Shown here piece after piece: positions 1-6,170 of a stretch of 32,000 nucleotides of DNA. Source of the stretch: Candidatus Peribacter riflensis (lineage in GTDB: Bacteria; Patescibacteriota; Gracilibacteria; Peribacterales; Peribacteraceae); assembly GCA_001430755.1 (NCBI GenBank), contig CP013062.1, positions 690,001 to 722,000 of the forward strand, read 5' to 3'. Position numbers and translations under genes: made by a program. The notes below the pieces were generated by a model. It was not told the DNA's origin. It saw nothing but the letters and a program-made list of their open reading frames with translations, and did no database searches. Every line of letters begins with the position of its first letter. The first letter of the stretch is position 1.

Positions 1-27
1 CCGGAATGGGAAGCTGACTGAGACGTC

Positions 28-1554
28 ATGGCTCGTGCGGGCATGACGATGGATCCCCCCTTTTCTCACTCCTTCCCCCCGCACCCCCTCTTTTCTATGG
101 CACGCCCTGCCCCCGTCGCAAATCCCATCATGGAGCAGCTGCTCAAGTCCGCTCCTCCCATCGTTCGTGTCCGCCCCGGCGAACTCGTCGAGGGATCCGT
201 GGTCTTCAAAGCGAAGAACAAGCTCCTGCTCGATATCGGCGGCTCACAGACGGGCATCGTTTCGGGACGGGAATTGCGTGACTCGTTCAACACCTTCCGC
301 AGCCTGCAGATCGGCGAAGAGGTCACTGCGTTGGTTTTGGAAGAGGAGAACGAAGAGGGCATGGTGGTCTTGAGTCTTCGGATGGCGAGTCAGCAGAAGG
401 CATGGGAGCGTTTCCACAAGCTCGTGGAGCAGGATGGAACGATGGAATTCACCGCTCAGGAAGCGAACAAAGGAGGATTACTGGCGAATATCGACGGCAT
501 TCGCACCTTCCTGCCGGTGAGCCAGCTCGCCCCCGTCAATTACCCGCGCGTGAACAATGCCGACGCCTCGGAAATCATTTCGAAGCTGAAGAAATTCGTG
601 GGGCACACCTTCACGGTGAAGATCATCACCATGGATGAAGAAGCCGGAAAAATCGTGGTGAGCGAGCGCGAAGCGATGGCCGAGGAACGCGCAAAGGCAC
701 TCGAAAGCCTGAAGGTGGGAGATGTGAAGGAAGGCATGGTGAGCGGCATCGTGAAGTACGGCGTGTTCGTCTCGTTCGACGGAGTGGAGGGGCTCGTGCA
801 CATCTCCGAGATCGCCTGGGGCCATGTGCGCAATCCGGCGGAATACGCGGAGCTGGGTGACAAGGTCACGGTGAGGATCATCGGCCTGGACGGCGACAAG
901 ATCTCGCTCTCGATCAAGCAACTCACGAAGGATCCCTGGGAGGAGGTCGCTGAGCGCTACCCGGTGGGCAAGCGCGTGCAGGGCACCATCGTGCGCTTCA
1001 CCGAGTACGGAGCTTTCCTCAAGCTTGAGAAGGATATCAACGGCCTCGTGCACCTGTCGGAAATCGCGCACCACAAAGTGACGGATCCCTCTGAAGTGCT
1101 GACCATCGGCCAGAAGGTGGATGCGCAGGTGATCAACATCGACATCGATGAGCGCCGCATCGGCCTCTCGATCAAAGCCCTGCTCCCCATCGACAAAGAG
1201 ACGCTCGATCGCATCAAACGTGAGCGCGAGGAAGAGGAACAGAAGGCCAAAGAAGCGAAAGAGGCTCCCCAGACACAGGCCGCAGAGCCCGAAGCTGCAG
1301 GTGCACAGCCAGAGAAGAAAGCCGTCAAGAAAGTGAATCAGGAAGCCCTCTTCCCCACTGAGGATGTTGCCGAAGTGAAGGGTTCGCCTGCCCGCCGTAG
1401 CTCCGAGCAAAGCGAGGAGCGAAGGTGGGTTGCTTCCAAGACCGGCAAGAAGTACTACGAGCTCGAGTCCGCCGCCGGGCAGAAGATCAAGGAAGAGAAT
1501 CGCGTGTACTTCAAGACGGAGAAAGAGGCAGAGAAGGCAGGCTTCAGCGCGTGA
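28..1554 (+). CDS. rpsA: 30S ribosomal protein S1 (several S1 RNA-binding domains) with a Lys/Glu-rich linker and a short extra C-terminal module
   Basis: 508-aa ORF with repeated S1-domain patterns (GELVEGSVV...; GDVKEGMVSGIVKYGVFVSFDGVEGLVHISEI; GKRVQGTIVRFTEYGAFLKLEKDINGLVHLSEI; GQKVDAQVINIDIDERRIGLSIK). The real start may be the internal ATG at 130 (MEQLLKS). Confidence 0.85.
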   Translation: MARAGMTMDPPFSHSFPPHPLFSMARPAPVANPIMEQLLKSAPPIVRVRPGELVEGSVVFKAKNKLLLDIGGSQTGIVSGRELRDSFNTFRSLQIGEEVTALVLEEENEEGMVVLSLRMASQQKAWERFHKLVEQDGTMEFTAQEANKGGLLANIDGIRTFLPVSQLAPVNYPRVNNADASEIISKLKKFVGHTFTVKIITMDEEAGKIVVSEREAMAEERAKALESLKVGDVKEGMVSGIVKYGVFVSFDGVEGLVHISEIAWGHVRNPAEYAELGDKVTVRIIGLDGDKISLSIKQLTKDPWEEVAERYPVGKRVQGTIVRFTEYGAFLKLEKDINGLVHLSEIAHHKVTDPSEVLTIGQKVDAQVINIDIDERRIGLSIKALLPIDKETLDRIKREREEEEQKAKEAKEAPQTQAAEPEAAGAQPEKKAVKKVNQEALFPTEDVAEVKGSPARRSSEQSEERRWVASKTGKKYYELESAAGQKIKEENRVYFKTEKEAEKAGFSA

Positions 1555-1560
1555 GACGCA

Positions 1561-1899
1561 TCAGTCGATCTTCTGTTCGCTTAAGAAGTGCAGGTGCAGG
1601 TAGAACACCTCCTGCCCTCCGTCCCTGCCCACGTGGAATTTGAGCTGGTACCCGGTGATGCCGTGTGACTTGGCAAAAGTTTGCGCCTTGCGGATGAGGA
1701 GCCCGGGAACGTGCGCCGTCTGCTCGGTGAGATCGTCGATGGAGGATACGAAGTCCTGGTCGCGTTTCGCAATGAAGAGCAGGTGCGTCGGAGCCTTGGG
1801 ATGGATATCTTTGAACACCAGCACCTCGTCATCCTCATAGACGATGGATGCGGGGATCTCGCGGTCGCGGATCTTGTGAAAAATCGTGCGTTCGTTCAT
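1561..1899 (-). CDS. HIT-family (HinT-like) nucleotide hydrolase
   Basis: 112-aa ORF with the histidine-triad motif HLHLHFL near the C-terminus and the typical N-terminus CIFCKI-like region (TIFHKIRDREIPASIVYEDDEVLVFKDIHPKAP). Confidence 0.85.
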   Translation of the reverse strand: MNERTIFHKIRDREIPASIVYEDDEVLVFKDIHPKAPTHLLFIAKRDQDFVSSIDDLTEQTAHVPGLLIRKAQTFAKSHGITGYQLKFHVGRDGGQEVFYLHLHFLSEQKID

Positions 1900-2001
1900 G
1901 GAGAAAAATGGGACGTGTTCTCAGCATAACGGAAAGCCCTCTCCTCCTCCATAAACGCAAAATTTTTGACTTTTATGCCAAAATGAGAGAAAATAGTAGG
2001 G

Positions 2002-2493
2002 ATGGCTGGGAACACTCCCGACACACACAACGAGATCGCTCCATCTGCTCCGAAACCGGTGCTGACCGTCACGCAACCGGCGACGATTTCGAGCCTGCTC
2101 GATACCCTGAATCTCATCGATCAGATGAGTGAACGCATCGGCGAAGACCACTCGGGCGACATGGGTGCCCCAGGGGCGGGCCTGCAGGCACGGGCCGGCG
2201 CCACCGGAGCAAGCGGCCAATCTCCGCGCGATGTGGCAATCCAGAATCTTCCGCCGCAAAAGGCCATGCAGGAAAAACTGGAAGAGAAAATCCGTGCAGA
2301 GGTCGGCTCCCTCCGCCGCCAGATCCGCTCCATCCCCTCCGCACACAAGCCCGGAGCGGCCTTCAAATTAAACAAGCTCTACGCGCGCATCCGGCTCTTG
2401 AACCGCCTGCTCGGCAACCTGCTCGAGGCCTCTGTGGATATCGTGAAGAGGCTCTTCATCCGGGTCTTCATCGACGAACAGCCCATTTTATAG
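2002..2493 (+). CDS. hypothetical protein
   Basis: 163-aa ORF with no overlapping better ORF and GC-rich third codon positions like its neighbours. I recognise no motif. Confidence 0.5.
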   Translation: MAGNTPDTHNEIAPSAPKPVLTVTQPATISSLLDTLNLIDQMSERIGEDHSGDMGAPGAGLQARAGATGASGQSPRDVAIQNLPPQKAMQEKLEEKIRAEVGSLRRQIRSIPSAHKPGAAFKLNKLYARIRLLNRLLGNLLEASVDIVKRLFIRVFIDEQPIL

Positions 2494-2612
2494 GGAAGAG
2501 GGTTAGGGAGAGGGTTAGGACAAATGATTTTGGCATGTTCAGCAAAAAGCACCTGCAATGATCACCGAACCCTAATCCTAATCCTAACCCTAATCCTAAC
2601 CCTACCCCTAAA
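2493..2612. repeat. Imperfect inverted repeat built from telomere-like hexamers, between convergent genes
   Basis: Left arm 2493-2519 is GGGAAGAGGGTTAGGGAGAGGGTTAGG. Right arm 2571-2612 is seven tandem CCTAAY hexamers (CCTAAT CCTAAT CCTAAC CCTAAT CCTAAC CCTACC CCTAAA). The arms are partly complementary (TCCTAACCCT and CCTAACCCT blocks), with a spacer of roughly 50 nt. Confidence 0.8.
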
Positions 2613-2614
2613 AC

Positions 2615-2857
2615 CTACTCCTTCTTCTCGTTCTTCTTCTTGCCATGCTCGATTGAATCCAACACCCACTGCAAAATGGAATCGACCATACTGAGCGGCT
2701 TCATGAGCACGTCTTCCAACTCCTGTGTGATTCCCTCCACCCGGCGCAGGATCTTGCGCAGGTCCCAAACGATGAAAATGACGTGGTAGAGCACGATGAG
2801 AACGAGGATGGCGATGGCGAATTCCATCCCGAGTAAGAGATCACTTGCAGAAATCAT
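2615..2857 (-). CDS. small membrane protein (one N-terminal TM helix plus a helical tail; DUF948-like architecture)
   Basis: 80-aa ORF. Hydrophobic segment FAIAILVLIVLYHVIFIVW is followed by a charged helical region and a Lys-rich end. The family assignment rests on architecture only. Confidence 0.55.
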   Translation of the reverse strand: MISASDLLLGMEFAIAILVLIVLYHVIFIVWDLRKILRRVEGITQELEDVLMKPLSMVDSILQWVLDSIEHGKKKNEKKE

Positions 2858-2970
2858 GGAGGGAGGAGAACGTAGGGCGTAGCCTATCGCTCCCCTCTCT
2901 CGTGCGCAATCCCCTCTCCCTTCTGTGGCTTTTTACCCTGAGCGTAGCCGAAGGGCTGCCCCGCAAGACC

Positions 2971-3216
2971 ATGGTTGCGCTGATCACGCTCTACCAGCAG
3001 ACCCTCTCGCCCGACCACGGACCGCTGCGGCACCTCTACCGGTACGGCTACTGCCGTCATGAACCGACCTGTTCGGAATACGGAAAGCGGGTCATCGCTG
3101 AACGAGGCGCTGTCATCGGATGCCTGCTCACGGCAAAACGTCTGCTCACCTGTCATCCCTGGAGGAAACCATCATCAGAGCGGATCATGCGGGCTTCGCA
3201 CGGAAACAGGCACTGA
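2971..3216 (+). CDS. yidD: membrane protein insertion efficiency factor YidD
   Basis: LITLYQQTLSP...CRHEPTCSEYGKRVIAERGAVIGCLLTAKRLLTCHPW matches the YidD signature. The ORF track starts at 2845, but the ATG at 2971 gives the usual ~80-aa size and avoids overlap with the divergent gene. Confidence 0.8.
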   Translation: MVALITLYQQTLSPDHGPLRHLYRYGYCRHEPTCSEYGKRVIAERGAVIGCLLTAKRLLTCHPWRKPSSERIMRASHGNRH

Positions 3217-3283
3217 GCGCCTTCACAACGATGGCTCCACCCACTATTCTCTCCTTCAGTCTCCCCTGCTACTTCGCAACAAC

Positions 3284-3358
3284 GCGGGCGTCGTATAATG
3301 GCTATTACCCCAGGTTTCCAACCTGGTGACGGCGGTTCGATTCCGCTCGCCCGCTCCA
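3284..3358 (+). tRNA. tRNA-Gly (anticodon UCC), CCA encoded
   Basis: Hand-folded cloverleaf. Acceptor GCGGGCG/CGCCCGC. Anticodon stem CCAGG/CCTGG with loop TTTCCAA (anticodon TCC). T-arm GGCGG-TTCGATT-CCGCT. GG in the D-loop, discriminator T, then CCA. Confidence 0.9.
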
Positions 3359-3492
3359 TCCGTCTTCGCTCCTCGCTGCCGCTCGGAGCTACGCCGGGAT
3401 TTCGCTTGCATGCGTATCTGAGGTGAATCAGCAGGATGCCACGGCGTAGTCCCGGCGAAACGACCTGCCTCGGCGGAGCGCAGCGGAGACGG
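3359..3492. repeat. GC-rich long imperfect palindrome directly abutting the tRNA 3' end
   Basis: Outer stem 3360-3370 (CCGTCTTCGCT) pairs with 3482-3492 (AGCGGAGACGG): 11 bp including one G-T. Inner stem 3392-3399 (CGCCGGGA) pairs with 3450-3457 (TCCCGGCG). It contains CTTCGCTCC...CGGAGCT words related to the element at 10843-10892. Confidence 0.5.
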
Positions 3493-3563
3493 GAGTGAAG
3501 CCGGACGGAGCCGGGCTCGCACACGACACACCTCCCCTTTTGCGCTACCCTAGGGCGGAAACG

Positions 3564-4544
3564 ATGCACGCCCGCTCCCGCACACTGCTCTCGGCCGCCT
3601 TCAGCTTCCTGCTCTTCTGTATCGCGCTGTGGGCGATTCAGCAATCCCTCGGACATCAGGATCCCCGTGACATCCTGCGCAGCATCGCCGATCTCCCCCT
3701 GAAGAACATAGGATGGGCCAGCGTCCTCGCCGTCATCAATTACCTCTTCGTGGCGGGCATCGACGTGCTTGCCGCCCGCTATGCCGGTCGGCCGATTTCC
3801 TACCGGCGCTTGTTCATCCCCTCCTTCATTGGAGCCACCTTTCAGTACAATGCAGGTGTGTTCGGCGGAACCGCCGTGCGCTTTCGCCTCTATTCCTCCC
3901 TCGGCTTCAGTCCGCGCGAAATCGGCAAAGTGATGGTCTTCGTCTTGATCGCATTCAGCAGCGGATTCCTCGTGCTCACCGGTCTCGCACTCCTGTGGAA
4001 TCCGCTCGCGCTCCCCGGAACGGCACGGTTTCCCTGGTGGCCTGAACTAGCCGGAGTGCTCCTGCTCGTATCGACTGCGGCGTACTTCTGGCTCTGCGCA
4101 CGCGGCAAGCCGTTACATATTTTCCGCTGGCATCTCACGTTTCCGCGCCTGCGCGCAAGTGTGCTGCAGGTCCTGCTCGCCGCCGTCGATTGGATAGTGA
4201 GTACAGGCGTTCTGTACGTGCTCCTCCCACCCGCCGGACGCGCCTCATTCCCACTCTGCGTCGTGATATTCATGCTGGCTCACAACGTCGGCACCGCCAG
4301 CAATGCGCCGGGAGGACTGGGTGTGTTTGAAGCGACAGTACTCCATCTGCTTCCAACAGCATCCGCCCCCACCGAAATCCTCGCCTCCCTCCTCGCCTAC
4401 CGCGGCATTCACTTCGTCTTTCCCCTCCTCGTCGCTGCAGTACTCCTCGGGCAACGTGAATTGAAGATCCGCCGGGATCACGGAAAACCCGTCCCGACAA
4501 GCAACTGGGATGCCATTGCCAAAGGCATTCAAAAGCCGAAATAG
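3564..4544 (+). CDS. polytopic membrane protein, lysylphosphatidylglycerol-synthase TM-region / UPF0104 (flippase-like) family
   Basis: Multiple hydrophobic helices. The N-terminal pattern (LLFCIALWAIQQSL...LKNIGWASVLAVINYLFVAGIDVLAARY...) resembles the MprF N-terminal domain. I prefer the start at MHARS (3564) over the ORF-track start at 3495. Confidence 0.6.
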   Translation: MHARSRTLLSAAFSFLLFCIALWAIQQSLGHQDPRDILRSIADLPLKNIGWASVLAVINYLFVAGIDVLAARYAGRPISYRRLFIPSFIGATFQYNAGVFGGTAVRFRLYSSLGFSPREIGKVMVFVLIAFSSGFLVLTGLALLWNPLALPGTARFPWWPELAGVLLLVSTAAYFWLCARGKPLHIFRWHLTFPRLRASVLQVLLAAVDWIVSTGVLYVLLPPAGRASFPLCVVIFMLAHNVGTASNAPGGLGVFEATVLHLLPTASAPTEILASLLAYRGIHFVFPLLVAAVLLGQRELKIRRDHGKPVPTSNWDAIAKGIQKPK

Positions 4545-4576
4545 GCCACACGTGGTCACTGCCTGACGGGAAGAAA

Positions 4577-4735
4577 ATGAGGACATGTTTTTCTCAAACT
4601 TCCACAGCATCCCCATACAGAGATTTTGACACCGCGTCATGCACATGGCAGGATGCTTACGTGAATTCTGCGTACGTCCTTTCCTGCTCCCCTGTTTCCT
4701 CCTGCTGCTCCTTAGCAGGGGGTACATGTGCATGA
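4577..4735 (+). CDS. 52-aa Ser/Cys/Thr-rich mini-ORF (candidate leader peptide or small Cys-rich peptide)
   Basis: The ATG at 4577 is preceded by GGGAAGAAA. Peptide: MRTCFSQTSTASPYRDFDTASCTWQDAYVNSAYVLSCSPVSSCCSLAGGTCA, stop at 4733-4735. It is below the ORF-track size cutoff. A strong terminator follows. Confidence 0.3.
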   Translation: MRTCFSQTSTASPYRDFDTASCTWQDAYVNSAYVLSCSPVSSCCSLAGGTCA

Positions 4736-4765
4736 GCGAACGTCCGTAGACTTCCCAAGCACGCG

Positions 4766-4798
4766 TCACCCCCCGCCCCAAGCTGGGGGTGATTTTTT
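4766..4798 (+). terminator. Rho-independent terminator / attenuator
   Basis: Stem TCACCCCC (4766-4773) pairs with GGGGGTGA (4785-4792). The loop is 11 nt and is followed by TTTTTT (4793-4798). It lies only about 24 nt upstream of the serA-like ATG. Confidence 0.75.
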
Positions 4799-4821
4799 AT
4801 TTGTTTTCCCCTCTTTCTCCC

Positions 4822-6126
4822 ATGGCGACCCAAGCTCCACAGTACCGCGGCGACATCGCATCCAACGGGGATCTTGTCCCCTTCCGTGTCGCTGCGCGGG
4901 ATAAGGTAAGCCCCACAGCCGTCGAGATCCTCTTGCAAAGACCGAATATCGAAGTGGTCGAAGACCCGGCTCTCGCACAGGCAGCCATCATCCGCAGCGC
5001 GACGAAATTTCTGCTCGAAGGTGATTTCGACGCTTTCAAACACCTCAAGTACATCGCTCGCGCCGGCGTGGGCGTGGATAATGTCAAAATGCTTCTCGCC
5101 GCACAGAGAGGAATCGCAACTGTCAATACGCCCGGTGCCAGCACGGACGCTGTGGCACGACGATCACTCTCGCATATATTGAGTTGGGCGTCCCGGGTGG
5201 TACAGGGAACCCACGCATTGAACAATGAACAATGGCCTAAAAACCAGCCTGAAGTTGAATCCATTGATCTTACAGAGAAGACGCTGGGCATTATCGGATA
5301 TGGACGCATCGGTAAGCGGACGCACGAATTCGCAGCTCCGCACTTCGGGCGCGTTCTCTTCAATGATGAACGCCCTATCGAAGGGTCAATGGATCTCGAT
5401 CAGCTCCTCGCTGAATCCGACGTCATTTCACTCAGTGTCTCCGGAAAGGCAGAAGTTCTCACACCTAAACGCATGGCCACAATCAAGCCGACGGCACTGA
5501 TCGTAAATACCGCACGCGGTACCGTGGTAAACCCGGAAGCGTTACTCCAGCACCTCGACGGCGGAGGTGCCGCGGCACTGGATGTCTATCCACAGGAAGG
5601 TGCAGGAATGTTCGATGAAGAAACAATGAGAAAAATTTCAAAACATCCGAACTTCATCGGCACTCCCCACACCGCAGCCGCCGATCCCGTAACGCAGAAG
5701 AACCTGGGTATCGAAGCTGCGCAGCACGTGATCGAATTCGCAGAAGAAGGCACAGTGAACCCCGGCAATCTGCCTGGTCATACGCTGCCCCGAGTGAGCC
5801 TGCACGAAGAAGCGCCCGAAGAGAATGGAAACGGCCACGCCATCGAGAAGCCACGCATTCGTCTGGCACTCACGCACCAGAGCGTGCCCGGCGTACTGCA
5901 AGGAATCAATGATGCCATTGGGAAAGTGGGCAAGGATCGTGGCGGTAGAATTAACGTGATTAACCAGGCAAACCGTGAAGGGAGAGTTGGTGAACCGCCC
6001 CTGGCAATGACCCTCGTGGACCTGGAACTGACCGGAGCAGAGCGAGAGATTGCACTGCAGGTGCGCGAAGCCATCCGCAAGGGCGGCGTGCCGCTCCTCA
6101 AAGACCGCGCGATGTTGCTCGAGTAA
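4822..6126 (+). CDS. serA: D-3-phosphoglycerate dehydrogenase-like 2-hydroxyacid dehydrogenase with a C-terminal ACT-like domain
   Basis: NAD-binding GIIGYGRIGKR, then ARGTVV, DVYPQEG and GTPHTAA. The C-terminal LTHQSVPGVLQGINDAI...INVINQ...LVDLE follows the SerA ACT-domain pattern. I prefer the start at MATQAP (4822), because the ORF-track start at 4789 lies inside the terminator. Confidence 0.75.
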   Translation: MATQAPQYRGDIASNGDLVPFRVAARDKVSPTAVEILLQRPNIEVVEDPALAQAAIIRSATKFLLEGDFDAFKHLKYIARAGVGVDNVKMLLAAQRGIATVNTPGASTDAVARRSLSHILSWASRVVQGTHALNNEQWPKNQPEVESIDLTEKTLGIIGYGRIGKRTHEFAAPHFGRVLFNDERPIEGSMDLDQLLAESDVISLSVSGKAEVLTPKRMATIKPTALIVNTARGTVVNPEALLQHLDGGGAAALDVYPQEGAGMFDEETMRKISKHPNFIGTPHTAAADPVTQKNLGIEAAQHVIEFAEEGTVNPGNLPGHTLPRVSLHEEAPEENGNGHAIEKPRIRLALTHQSVPGVLQGINDAIGKVGKDRGGRINVINQANREGRVGEPPLAMTLVDLELTGAEREIALQVREAIRKGGVPLLKDRAMLLE

Positions 6127-6133
6127 GACGAAA

Positions 6134-6155
6134 AGGGGCGGCTCCGGCCGCCCCT
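6134..6155. terminator. bidirectional intrinsic terminator between convergent genes
   Basis: AGGGGCGGC-TCCG-GCCGCCCCT: a 9-bp GC-rich stem with a 4-nt loop. CTTTCTCTC follows on the + strand and TTTTCGTC on the - strand. Confidence 0.7.
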
Positions 6156-6170
6156 CTTTCTCTCAAGGCT

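Noticed and set aside
1966-1994. Possible promoter TTGACT-17 nt-GAAAAT upstream of the 2002 ORF
   Set aside because: The -35 is good but the -10 is weak, and the leader would be only a few nucleotides long. This is not enough support to list it as a feature.
2571-2612. Possible CRISPR array or eukaryotic telomere contamination
   Set aside because: The units are 6 nt with no spacers, and no cas genes are present, so it is not CRISPR. The tract is short, internal and flanked on both sides by contiguous bacterial-type genes, so it is not a chromosome end or a eukaryotic contaminant.
2562-2768. 68-aa ORF ending in RIRVRIRIRVR
   Set aside because: The peptide is just the translation of the CCTAAY hexamer repeat, and it overlaps the better-supported small membrane protein gene in another frame. 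It is a repeat artefact, not a gene.
3359-3563. Integrated mobile element at the tRNA-Gly 3' end
   Set aside because: There is no integrase or other mobile-element gene nearby. There is no direct repeat of the tRNA 3' segment beyond a trivial 7-mer (CCGCTCG). The next gene is an ordinary membrane protein.
4789-4821. ORF-track start of the serA-like gene at 4789
   Set aside because: That start lies inside the terminator stem/U-tract and adds a hydrophobic MIFYLFSPLSP prefix. The ATG at 4822 is more plausible.
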